From: Chrysomallon squamiferum
Taxonomy: Eukaryota > Animalia > Mollusca
Direction: 5' to 3'
Assembly (NCBI GenBank): GCA_012295275.1
Contig: CM022676.1
Coordinates: 8,122,001 to 8,186,000 of the forward strand
DNA: 64,000 bases
Each line of letters starts with the position of its first letter. The first letter of the stretch is position 1. The translations under genes and the position numbers were made by a program. Below the pieces are notes generated by a model. That model saw only the letters and a program-made list of their open reading frames with translations, had not been told where the DNA came from and ran no database searches. Below, piece after piece: positions 42,101-56,864 of this stretch.

Positions 42101-42266
42101 ACAGAACATGCCGGCCGTGCAGACGTTTTACGAACCCACTGCAACCGGGCGGCCTGCGTTGCCGGGTGTGTCTTACGGTTACCAAGGACGACCAGATGGC
42201 GACGCGTTAATGACCGGACAGGCTGAGTCTGTGTTTTACTGGGATGCACCGTCGTTTAGTAAATAA
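36583..42266 (+). CDS. Multi-C2H2 zinc-finger protein, 1035 aa, 24 fingers, 4 coding exons
   Basis: Exons 36583-37663, 38756-39118, 39869-40657 and 41392-42266; all introns phase 1, total 3108 nt. Fingers number 6+4+9+5, with TGEKPY/TGERPY linkers in the C-terminal array and an Asn-rich spacer after finger 4. An acceptor at 36504 implies an upstream UTR exon. Confidence 0.92.
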
Positions 42267-42351
42267 AAACAAAAGTTGAAACACGATTAACTAGACACAG
42301 GCACGTTCTTCACAGATGTGCAAGATTAGTTAGTTTCTGTTATCTCTTTAC

Positions 42352-42382
<31 letters not shown>

Positions 42383-42696
42383 TATTCGTTTTGTTTTGAA
42401 TTTACAAATTATAAAATATTAAAATTAAAGTGCTGTTTAGAAAATGTCTAGCTGAAACCAAAATTAGTATTAAGATGTGTAGTGTTATGTAATCAGTTTT
42501 ATTTCTGACTCAGTCTGAAAGGACGTTTTGCACTGATCAGGCTTTGATAAATTAATTTTGAACATAAAATAGATTTAGTAATAAAGAAAAAAGGTGTCCT
42601 TTAGAATAATTAACCACTTTATTTTTCTCATGTTTCATGTTTTTTTTATTTGATTTAACATTTCTTTCTTTTTTTCTTATTTATTTATTTATTTTA

Positions 42697-42743
<47 letters not shown>

Positions 42744-44420
42744 CTAATAACAAGCAAGGAAATAGATAGTTGTAAAATAACCACAGAAATTTAAAATTTT
42801 AAAAATAAATTTAAAATTTTGTTTAAAATACTTCACGTGTCTTTTATGGAAGATGGTCACTGTTTGTTTCACAAAATTAGATCTGTAAATCAATTTTATA
42901 CATTTACTCAACCTTTTTCAATTATTTCTTCAGTTGTTTTCATTCCATCCCACACATCCCTAAACCTACTCTTCCCAGGAAAAATGGCTGAAATTTCCAG
43001 TATCCGCTTCCAGTTTCTACAAGCTGATTGGATGAATATGTAACGAGCATAGAATTATTAATAAATAAATAAATAAATAATGTTTTGTTAAATGTGTGAT
43101 GTTAAAAATATTAATTGGTTGAGTGTAAATGTTTTATTTATTTATTTATTTATTATTATTATTTATTATTGTTTGTTTGTTTGTTATTTTTTAATGGCTA
43201 AAATTTTAACCATTCAAGATCATAGGGTTAAATATATCTGTCCGTTATTTTTGTGTATATTCTCAAAGTATAAGTAGAATATATTAGTATTATATATAGT
43301 GTATCTTTTGTTAGGAAATTGAAACAGACAATTCAACTCATGTATTTGAATTATAATATATACAAATGAAATATTCTGGCATTTAAGAATAACTATTTAT
43401 TAAACAATTTTTTGTATGTATACTACAGACATTTGAATATTCATACAGAACTGATATTTTGAATAAATTTTCAAACGATGATAATCCACATTGGTATAAA
43501 CTGAAGGTGTATAATTTGCATTATCTGTATGCCATGTACATTAAAATGACTGGTATATATGAAACTAACTTCTGTTTTTATTTAATTATTATTAATTTAT
43601 TTTCACCGATATGTTTGTCTATTGTGTGTGTGTATGTGCTTATGTTTGTGTATGTAAGTGATATGTGTGTATGTGTGCTTTGTATATGAGTGAATGTATG
43701 TGCTTAAGTGTGCTTGCATGTGCATGTGTAAGTGTGTATATGTGTTGGTATGTGTGTGTCTTATTAAACTTGCATAACATTAGGGACTATTTTTTCTCTT
43801 GAACATATACTGACTTACTTAGCAGCTACACACACTGAGTTACAACAGAATATTTGGTCTAACACATCAAGTTTTGTCAGCCCAGTACAGTTACAATATT
43901 TTTTTCAGAAAAACTTCAAGCCTTGCCATTTAAGAACAAATCTTTTCTCTGTGGAAAAAAGGAGATGGCAGCTATCTATGTGTTAGACTGATTGAAAATT
44001 TGATACAAGAAAAATTGAGTCAGTAGTTACATGGGCCCAAACAAAATTTTGTTTTTTTAATTTTAACATGCCATATTTATCTGTCATGTCACATGATAAT
44101 ACTGTTTTAAAAATAATCTTGATGGAAATATTTAAGTATTTATCTAATTACATAAAAATAAAAATATAAAAATAATTATTAATTTATAATGTTAAAGATA
44201 ATTTTAAAGACCTTTTCTGAACTTAGACTGAAGAAGTCGGTAAAATTTTCTCAGAATTTTCCAAGATTATCAACATTCATCTAGGCATATTTTAGTAATC
44301 ATCCATAAATTTTCTCAAGATTTTCTGTGATTACTGATATTCATTTCAGAATATCTTAGAAACCATACAATCTGTGGATTTGGTAGTAGTATCAAAAGAA
44401 GCTTATAATATTTGCATAAC

Positions 44421-44540
<120 letters not shown>

Positions 44541-44799
44541 ATCTAATAACTATTATTATTTTTAATGCTATTATTTTGAATATTTCTGTTTATGTATACT
44601 TAATCTGCTGTTTGAAGCAGAGTGACATAAATAAATTGTTTCAAAATGAAAACCTTTTTGCATCATTAACAGTGATATACCATTTAAATTTTAAAGTTTT
44701 GGTACTTACATCATTAACGGTTCTTTCCCTTAATTTTTATAAACAAAAGTTATTAAACTGTTATTTAAATTGGGGTCCCCCAAAAAATTAAATGGATAA

Positions 44800-45513
44800 T
44801 AAATAAGTACAACAAAGTGAAAAAACCAAGCAATATAAAATAACATGAAATAAAATAAACTAAAAGTAAGCAAGTATGCAAAACGTATATAAATGTATTT
44901 ACGAGAAAAACGTTTTTATGGTCTAAGGGGAATAACTCTAAAATGATAGTGCAAAATTAATTATTTGAATCGGCTGTTTCAAACACAAAATTCAATTCAA
45001 ATTCAATTCCAGTTATATTATATAGTTTAAGTAAATTAAAATATAAAGAACGGAATACTCAGATATTTTAGTAACTATCGTGCATTTTTCACAATGTTAT
45101 TTTATAAATAATGTAATTTTTATTTTAAAAACAAGTAATAAAATTATTATTTAAATCAGGGTCCAAATAAAGAAAATTGGATGGTAAATAAGTAAAACAT
45201 AAAATAAAATAAAACAAATGATAAAAAAAGATAATGGTAATAAAATAGTAGTAATAAAAAAAGTAAGAAAGAATGCAAAACGTGTATATTGTAAAACAAA
45301 TATTTTTATGGTCTAAGGGGAACAACTCTAAAATGATAGTAAAATTAATTATTTACTTAAAAATGGTGTTATTCCCCTTAGACCGTAAAATAAATTTAAT
45401 TTAGGGAATTCGTGAAAAAAAATTATTGTTAATTTATCTTTATTTTAGTTATTGTTTTAGAAGTAAATAAATAAATAAATAGGATTAATTTACAATTTTG
45501 GGCAGTTTTTAAT

Positions 45514-45553
<40 letters not shown>

Positions 45554-46250
45554 TTTTATTTATTTATTTTTTAGTCTATCTCGCTATATATTTATATTTA
45601 TATATATATTTATCTGTCTATTTATTTGTCTATCTATCTATCTATCTATTTATTTTATTTTATTTTGTTTTATTTCATTTAATTTTAATTTCTTTAAAGA
45701 AAACAGAGTTGTTCCCCTTAGACCATAATAGTTATTATTCTATAATCGCTAAAACAAAATTGCTCGCTTAAAATAATAAACGTGTGTAAAGTAAGGTTAG
45801 ACAGAATATTACATAGGCTTATTTGACACGAATAAAATACAGCATTAAAAATGTAAAAGTAGTTGACTTATCTTTATATAAAGTAGTTTTGTTTCATCTG
45901 AATTTCTTTTCGTTTGCCACTATGGAGGCTGTTTCAATTTACTTTAAAACAGAGTTACTCCTCTTAGACCGTAAATTACAAATAAGGGTATCCGTTCGAA
46001 ACTTATTCTTTTTCAAACAAATGAATAAATAAATAGAATTAATTTTCTATTTTGGGCAGTTTTTGATATGATTTATGTATTTATTTTTTATTTTATTTTG
46101 TTTTCTTTTTTCTAATACACTCCCTAAATCTACTACGGTTCAATGAAAACAGAGTTATTCCCCTTAGACCATAATGTTATTATTTCATAATCATTAAAAG
46201 AAAATAGTTCTCTTATAATAATAAGAACATAAACTAAGGATAGACAGAAT
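44800..46250. repeat. Cluster of interspersed/tandem repeats built on the motif gagtt(g/a)ttccccttagacc(a/g)taa in both orientations (DNA-transposon-like relic)
   Basis: Motif in reverse at ~44918 and ~45308, and forward at ~45368, 45706, 45952 and 46152, with duplicated flanks. Confidence 0.65.
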
Positions 46251-46337
46251 ATACCACGGCATTTTCATACCAGTTGTGGAGCACTGGTCTAGAACTAGAA
46301 ATAGCACTTTGGTTCCAAGGAGAATTATCGATCCCAT
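46240..46337 (-). mobile_element. Fragment of a SINE-like interspersed repeat
   Basis: ataccacggc...accagttgtggagcactgg...agaaatagc...atcgatcc resembles a SINE core I recall from gastropod genomes; this is from memory and was not searched. Confidence 0.4.
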
Positions 46338-46439
46338 AAATAGATACTCGCTTTTATTCCAAGTAAATAAATAAATAAATAATTAAATATTTATATAATG
46401 TTAATTAACCTTTTGTTATTATTTTATTAGACATGTATG

Positions 46440-46480
<41 letters not shown>

Positions 46481-46515
46481 AATTTAGGATTTGAATATTC
46501 TTTTTCTTATATCTT

Positions 46516-46667
46516 CTGTTTAGACTCTGCACATAGACAATATTCGGGAACGCACTGGCGCAGGAGGACAAAGTCCAACTACAACCTCCCAAATGCAGCT
46601 GGAGAGACTCGAACGTATGACACCCATTCGCCCACACTCCATAAGTCAAACAATGATACCGTTCGAC
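46516..46667 (-). mobile_element. tRNA-derived SINE, copy 1
   Basis: Reverse complement aligns with 57808-57972 and contains the Pol III B-box-like gttcgagtc. Confidence 0.75.
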
Positions 46668-48210
46668 AGTATGTATGTATGTATATATGGATATATCTAT
46701 ATTTGTATATAACGTCTGTATGTATGTGAGTATTAAGGTTTATGAGACGGTAAAATAGGATAAAAAGGAAAGAGGATAACAAATGGATAAATCAAATTTT
46801 ATCTTAAAATATAACAATTATATTTTACCTAACGAGAACAATGCTTCAACAAAAATAAAGCTGAGCCTAGTTCACAGTTTTCGTAATGAACTAATCTGTG
46901 CGGATTGTCAACTATTTTATTTTATTTTTGAATTTCATGATGCAGTTTGCATTACTGCCAAATTTTTTGTGTAACAAACTGTCATAAAATTGTATATATT
47001 AAATATTACGTAAGTGTATTTCTGGTTATTACTAGAACATGTGGATGTGTGGATGTGTTTATATATTTGTGCGTGCAAGTCTACAAAACTCTTTAGAGTA
47101 AATCGATCCTTCCTGCACGCGATGACGTCATAGCTACAGCAAACGTGATTAAAATTACAACTTGTATCTACAGATACGTGACTGTGATAATTACAACTAT
47201 CACTTTATAGTATTATTAATTTCGATATTATATAATCAGCATTAGGTTTCCCTCCCTAAATGTTCAATTATCATGTATGTTTTTGTGTAAGATATTCTAT
47301 AATTTATTATAATAGAACTTTAAAAAAAAAAAAAAAAAAAAAAATCCAATAAAAAACAACACCAACAACATCAACAACAAATATAATAAATAAATAAATA
47401 AATAAATAAATAAGGAAGGAAGGAAGCAAATAAACAAATATGTAAATAAATAAGTAAATGAAATGAAATAAAATAAAATAACAACAACAAAAACTCCCCC
47501 GAAAACCAAACAAGCTAACAATATAGAAACAAAACAAAACATTTTCTGAAACAGATAATTGACATTACAATTATATTTACTTCACGTAGTAATGGCCTTA
47601 TTCATTTCGCGTTTCTGTCATTTGCCAAAAAAAAAACAAAAAAAAAAAACAACAACAACAAACAACTGTCAACATCTGCTGTCAAATGATAATTCAAAAC
47701 ATTTATTTTTCCTAGCTACCTGGATAGGTAAGTACATAAGTTTTAAATAATGATATTTTTAATATTAAACAGTTTGTTTTCAAAACAGACAGATAGACAG
47801 AATGTCATAGGGATAGATATGGACAGATTGATTGACTGATAGACTGATAAATAGGTAGGTAGGTAGAGGCATATAGAGGCATATAGAAACACAGACAGAC
47901 ATACATACAGAAAGACATAGATATATTGATAGATATAAAGATATACATGTATATTTGAATATAGGTACGAATACACAAAAGTAAATATAGCTTTCCTGTT
48001 ACAACCCCCCCCCCACAACCGAAAAATAAAGATAAAAATCACCAAAAAACAACATAGATACAAACACCGATGTAGGTATGATGTGTAAATACATCGAAAT
48101 ATATGTGTGATTTTTATATTCATCTATCTTTTATAGTGTTACGGTTATCTTTATTATGTTGTTATAAAACATTTTCAGCCAAGTCTTTGAAACAACGTAA
48201 AAAAACAACG

Positions 48211-48581
48211 ATGAACTGGATTCCTGTTTGTATTATCATTTCGCTTTTATTAGAAGGTAAGGCACTGATTTCAGGGAGGAAATATATTTATTTATTTATT
48301 TATTTATTTATTCTAAGATTATATACGCATACCTTTCTATATCAGATAGGAAATTTATTTCACTTAAACATGTGTCATTATAATCTCTCAGTGAAATAAC
48401 AATAGATGACGTAATCATACATTGTTAACCATGTATTCTATTGTTTTGTCTTCACACGGCAAAACTCCAGTTTAACTAATTCAAGCATTATTCATTACAG
48501 TTGTAACTGCTACTCACAAACTAAAGGTTTGTATTTTATTATTATTAATTTATTTATTCATTTATTTCTCTTTTAAAAAAG

Positions 48582-48640
<59 letters not shown>

Positions 48641-49451
48641 TGAATATATTAAGTACATTGGTATCATCGCAAAGGCTTGGTATTTCTATTACCTTCGTTA
48701 GCTGCAATAATCGTTTTTAATGTTGTAAAGAAACTTTACCTTTTAAATATTTCTCAAAGTTTAATACTGCTTACCGTACGACAGACTTTCCTTAAATTTG
48801 TTTCAGTCTTTCGCATTCAGGTTTATTTGTCGAGGTACATTTAAATGGTCTAGTAAAATTCTTTACACTATCAGTTTACTACCTGATTTGTTTTGGGCAG
48901 CCTGTCATTGCCTTGTACAAAGTATGATAACAAAATGAAACATTATGAACGCCGCCATTCCGTCCCATAACAATTACTAGCACAATGACGTCATAGCGCA
49001 CACAACTGACTAATAGCTTTTTTTCTTCTTCTCTCTATTCCTGACTACTCTAGAAGACATCATTATCATTATTTCTTTTTATTATTACTAAAACTTTATT
49101 ATTATTAAACGACAGAAGCCCATAACCTGTTACTGCTTCTACTTGAGTAAGTTCACAGACTTGTTTATGGAAATTGACACAGAGGGCTGCCAGTGTGGAT
49201 GTCTCGCCTTTACTAACCCAAACGTTCAGTCCTGCTGCAAAGTCTGCCCGAGACAGCTGTGTTTCCATGGTGATAGTGACGTCATAACGGAAAACGGGTC
49301 AGTGATGAAAATGAAATATCTGACCGAGGGACAGAAAATTCTCACAGGTAAAGCACAGATCACGTGGTTTTAGCGATATTACATGTGGTGTGATGTGCGT
49401 GTTTGTGTTTGTGTGTATATGTATGTATATGTGTGTGTGTATATGTGCGTG

Positions 49452-49488
<37 letters not shown>

Positions 49489-50507
49489 AAATATATATAT
49501 ATATATATATATACGTTTTACAATGTGCTTCTAGCTGTGCAGTGAAGATTCCGTGTATTGTTCTTTATTTTTGGACAACTGTAGACAACATTAATCTGTT
49601 CCTGCATGAAAATATATCCTCCCTCCTCACCAAATGTCCAGGATCCGCCCCCCCCTCAAGTATTGGCATAGTGAAGAATAAAGTATAACAACAACAACAA
49701 CAACAACAACAATAATAATAAATGATCGTTTTATGAGGTTAGATTGAGAGAAACATCAGAGCTCATTCTCAAAGAACTGTTTGTTCTTCAGTCGTGTAAG
49801 GATCTTAAGAAACAGAAGACACAGTCGAGGGAGTGTTACACAGCAAGTGAAACTATCAAGGGAAATTACACACGCAGGCAAGAGAATAACGAATACTTGG
49901 AAATAAAGATGGGGTCGTTGCCTTGGCAACGTCGCAGTTAAGGCTACGGAAATGACTGACGACGTGGCTGATGCACCAGGCCACAATATCTCCAAGAAGA
50001 TTTTAAATGATATGATCACGACTGCCAGCGCAAAGAAGGGTGGTACATGATAATGCACGCATAGTATCCACTTTATAAGGACGGTGTCTTAACCTTCCAA
50101 ACGTCGGCAAATTCCGTTAGTCGGAAAGATGCGTTTGTCGGCAAGTTCCGTTAGTCGGCTAATTCCGTCAGTCGGCCCGTTCCGCTGGACCGAACGATGC
50201 CGAGTTTGTGAACTTCGGCCTGTATTTTGTTTTCCGTAACGACGTAGTAAGCAAATTTCTATAAACGAAAAACATGAAATAACTTTATTTTAAAAGAAGA
50301 AGAAGAAGAAGAAGAAGACGAAACAAAGCTCATCCTAAATATACTCAGGATGAAATAGCAAGCCATTTCTGTAATAAATAAACGAAGTTTAATAGATACG
50401 TGATTTATCACTGTCATCATCTGAGCGTAGAATAAATGAACTAACGACAGTTATTGTCGCTTAGGAGTTGATAGGGGCTTTGACATAAAACATTCATACA
50501 AAGGTAA

Positions 50508-50550
<43 letters not shown>

Positions 50551-50751
50551 TTAAGAATGTTTTAATCTTCCCCACGCACAATGTCACTTCTGTCATGACT
50601 GTTGATTCGGTCTCCAGAATCCACGAAAAAAGCCGTGAATTCCTCTGGGCAGGGGTGTGTGTCAGGGGCCAGAGGCGTGGCCGAACAAGCGGGATCAATT
50701 ACACCCTCCGCGTCCCACAGTTATTTTCTTTTATTATTTTTTTAAATTTTA

Positions 50752-50782
<31 letters not shown>

Positions 50783-50849
50783 TTTTTGTTTTTTTGTTAG
50801 GGCAGATCTGCGGAACGATTCCAGGGCATTGGCTAACTATATATATTTA

Positions 50850-50908
<59 letters not shown>

Positions 50909-51274
50909 CATTTTCCTTTTTGTTCGTTTGTTTCAGTGGTGAATGGTGAGCGAACTTTTACCGAAGTGAAAACTTTCATAAAACGAAAACCTTACACGAA
51001 CGCTACGTACAGAACTTTGACAACAGAGACCGGAAATCACGTGACCATCTCAGACGATCACCTGATTTTTGTCTCCAGTAACAACAGATCTACCGATATT
51101 GTTGCTAGGTGTGTACCCGTAGTCGTAGCTAAGTTAATTTATGTTGTTTTATGTACATGTTGGTATGAATGTTTCAGCGCATAAAAACAATATATTATAT
51201 GCTACAGATAGACAAACGTACACACATATATACATGCACATAAATACACACATACAAATACATACATATATATA

Positions 51275-51321
<47 letters not shown>

Positions 51322-51336
51322 ATACATATTTGTTGT

Positions 51337-51375
<39 letters not shown>

Positions 51376-51460
51376 CACATACGTACATACATACATATAA
51401 TACATATGATAATAATATTATGATTATCATCATCATCATTATCATCATCGTTATTATTTT

Positions 51461-51551
<91 letters not shown>

Positions 51552-51708
51552 TTTTTTTAAACTAGATTTGCGATGTTAGTGGAAAAAGGAGATTATATTT
51601 TCTCAACTCTGACGTGTTCACGTGGTCTTTGTCCAGATCGTGTTGTAGAAATCTCTTATTCCCAGAAACAAGGTAACAACAACATCATCAACGTCCAAGC
51701 TACATTAC

Positions 51709-51766
<58 letters not shown>

Positions 51767-52033
51767 TAAAACCGATAAAGATAATAACAGAAAAAAAAAA
51801 AAAAGAAATTTTTTTTTTTATCTGCAGGTTTATACGTTCCACTGACAGACACTGGAACTCTTATTGTCGACGGCATCTTTGCTTCAAACCACGGCTTCAT
51901 TGACCACGACCTCGAACACTTCTTCTTGACGCCATTCCGATGGTTTCCTTGGTTACTGAAACCATGGCAACAAGATGGATATAGTCCATTAATACGGCTC
52001 ATGACGTATTTTGGTTCTTTTCTGAGAGGCTGA
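48211..52033 (+). CDS. Secreted Hedgehog-related Hog (Hint + C-terminal tail) protein with a short 8-Cys N-terminal domain, 262 aa, 6 exons
   Basis: Exons 48211-48256, 48501-48526, 49116-49347, 50937-51108, 51566-51672 and 51828-52033 (789 nt, all GT-AG, frame intact). Signal peptide MNWIPVCIIISLLLEVVTA. The Hint domain begins CFHGDSDV (Cys codon 49260), with block B VTISDDHL and C-terminal GLYVPLTDTGTLIVDGIFASN, then an amphipathic SRR/ARR-like tail HDLEHFFLTPFRWF. Confidence 0.88.
49740..50195. mobile_element. Probable DNA-transposon remnant in Hint intron 3, with subterminal 17-bp-period repeats
   Basis: GC-richer block with broken reading frames, ending in five gtcgg(c)aaattccgtta-like repeats (50103-50192), the layout of a transposon terminus. 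Family not assignable. Confidence 0.4.
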
Positions 52034-53379
52034 AAATTGAGCGCTCTGACGTCATTAAATTATGCTAATTTATTTTCTTTATAGATGTTGTTGTTGTTGT
52101 TGTTGTTGTACACAGGTATGTACACACATCATAGATCACAACTAACAACTATTTAGTGAACAATTCTCAAACCTAGCGATTATATTTAATTTACCATTCC
52201 GCTTCTTTGCCTATAACTATGCATAATTAAGCACACCATTTATGGTTGAACGATCGAAATCAATCCAAGATTCAGTGCGTAGAGAGTCTATTATGTGCGT
52301 GATCTGAGTCACGCACGGCTAGATACACGCTCTGAATGGAAAAAAGGAAGAAACAGTAATTATTATACACGTATATCCACTCAGATAGATACATATCCAT
52401 AATTAATAGTTTACGTATTGTCTTTAATTCAGTAAAGATATTGTTAATTAATAATACATTATTCCAGAGATTGAAACAATGGCGGTATCACGGGATGTTT
52501 TAGTACAATAAAAGACTATATTTTTTTCGTTTCACCAGTAGTTTCCTAAATGATCTGACGCGGACGAAAACTGTTTTAATGTTTTGCACAAAGTGCTGTT
52601 TACATCTGCTTATTTCACAGCGCTTCCCGTTTTCGTCCGCCATATTGTTTTGACTTATAATGTTCTGACTGTTGAACGCTTGATTTATTGTGAATAAAAG
52701 CTGCATGAATGTAAAATTTGAATGTCTTATCTTTGTATATTAAAGTTATCATCGTGCGAAAGTGGTAAAAAGAAATAACAAAAAACAAAACAAAAAACAA
52801 CACTATGTAAAAATCTCTTACAATTTCCGTGCAAAAGACATTTGCGAAAAATCACCATCAGAGGGCGAAAAATTTCACCTTTTAAAAATCAGCAGAATTG
52901 AATCTTAAAGCGATTTAAGTGATTAAAATTTATAATTTATTTTAAGTCCTTTTTTATATATTATAATTCATTATCTATCCATTTTTTCCCCCATGTTTTC
53001 TTAATATATTCTCATTGTGAAATCTGGTGCAGTGACCTCAAAGTAACGCAGTATCATACGCCTCTCCCTGTCTGAATATCTATATCCAAGTTTTGTATCT
53101 ATATATACCCACCTATCCATGAAGCTATATGTTTGAAGTGTTTGTGTGTGTGTGTGTGTGTGTGTCTGTATGCGTGCCTGCGTGTTTGTTTGTGTGTGTG
53201 AATGGTTGTGTGTATGTATGTGTGTCCATAATTATGCAAAATATAACTAGAAAAATACAAAAAACAAAAGAAACATCTTTTCTTCACTTTTTTATTTTAG
53301 ATATTTACTAGAGCAGTGAACAAGGTCTGTGAATGTTTTGTCTTCGTCTTTGTACAGTGTGAAGGGTCTGAACTTTCAG

Positions 53380-53725
53380 ATTTATCAGGATATGTATTTC
53401 AAATTTGACTTTAAGTCAGAAACGTTTTCCAAATTTCATTTAAATTGGTTACGTATATCAAAGTTCAGGCTAATTCAGAAATGTTTCTCAAAGATCAGTT
53501 CGATTCAGACACGTAATTCACACTACACGTTAAATCAGAGGCGTATTTCATAGTGAGCACATTATTTCAGAGACGTATTTCACAGTACATGTTAATTCAG
53601 AAACGTAATTTCATACTAGACGTTATTTCAGAGAGGTATTTCATATTTTTACACGTTAAATCAGAGAGCTATTATAAAGTTCAGGTTAATTCAAATACGT
53701 ATCGTAAACTGTTCAGAAACGTATT
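53380..53725. repeat. Degenerate ~29-bp minisatellite in the 3' UTR of PAN gene A
   Basis: Recurring cgtatttca...gttaattcagaa units beginning right at the stop codon. Confidence 0.7.
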
Positions 53726-55771
<2,046 letters not shown>

Positions 55772-56371
55772 GATCTCTGTAACAAGTACTCTGTTCTTCT
55801 CCTGCCAAAATTTTCATTACGTGTAATTTTATTGTATCCTCAGCAAGTTTTATTTATTTATTACTTGAGGATTTTTTATTGTTTCATAAACGAAGATGAC
55901 TCAGCGTTGATAGATGTGCAATGATGCATACCTGATTTATCATTGCGATCTTCAGCGCATACAATAAATAAAATAATAAAAGTTTAATGTAACTGAGCGG
56001 TGCGTATATGTGTGTGCGTGTGTGTGTGTGTATATACGTATGTGTATATGTATGTATGTGCGTATGTATGTATTAAAGTGACTATAAATGCATATGTAAT
56101 TTGAATGTACTTGCAGTTAATACTCAGCAGTCAAACATGGCTAGAGGGATGAAAACTACATAAATAAAATATTATCTTTGTATTACTTGTAAGTCGACGA
56201 TAATATACGATATAAACAATATGTCTTAAACTTCACTGCAGTTCATTACACATTATAACAGCGTGAAAGGAGTCACTGATACTGAACATTAAAAAATGAG
56301 ATATCTATAGGAAAATAGCTTCATGAATTTCTTTTAAGAATCTTTTTTTTTTTTTTTTTTTTATCAGAGAC

Positions 56372-56864
56372 ATGTTTCATATCTCACGTTAAGTCAGAAC
56401 GTATTTCATATCTCACATTAAGTCAGAACGTATTTCATATCTCATATTAAGTCAGAACGTATTTCATATCTCACGTTAAGTCAGAACGTATTTCATATCT
56501 CACGTTAAGTCAGAACGTATTTCATATCTCACGTTAAGTCAGAACGTATTTCATATCTCACGTTAAGTCAGAACGTATTTCATATCTCACGTTAAGTCAG
56601 AACCTATTTCATATCTCACGTTAAGTCAGAACGTATTTCATATCTCACGTTAAGTCAGAACGTATTTCATATCTCACGTTAAGTCAGAACGTATTTCATA
56701 TCTCACGTTAAGTCAGAACGTATTTCATATCTCACATTAAGTCAGAACGTATTTCATATCTCATATTAAGTCAGAACGTATTTCATATCTCACGTTAAGT
56801 CAGAACGTATTTCATATCTCACGTTAAGCCAGAACCTATTTCATATCTCACGTTAAGTCAGAAA
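56372..56864. repeat. 29-bp tandem array, 17 near-identical copies, in the palindrome spacer
   Basis: Unit gtatttcatatctcacgttaagtcagaac with period 29 and no unique spacers. Confidence 0.95.

Noticed and set aside
39865-42249. Long antisense and alternate-frame ORFs over the ZNF exons
   Set aside because: Expected shadows of GC3-rich coding sequence with few stop codons.
49756-50058. 100-aa minus-strand ORF as a nested gene
   Set aside because: No recognisable domain, and it lies in a probable TE remnant.
48211-52033. Calling the Hint gene a true hedgehog or a true intein
   Set aside because: There is no Hedge signalling domain, no +1 Cys/Ser/Thr nucleophile and no host extein; it has spliceosomal introns and a Hog-type tail.
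56372-56864. CRISPR-like array
   Set aside because: Head-to-tail 29-bp repeats with no unique spacers, no cas genes and a eukaryotic context.
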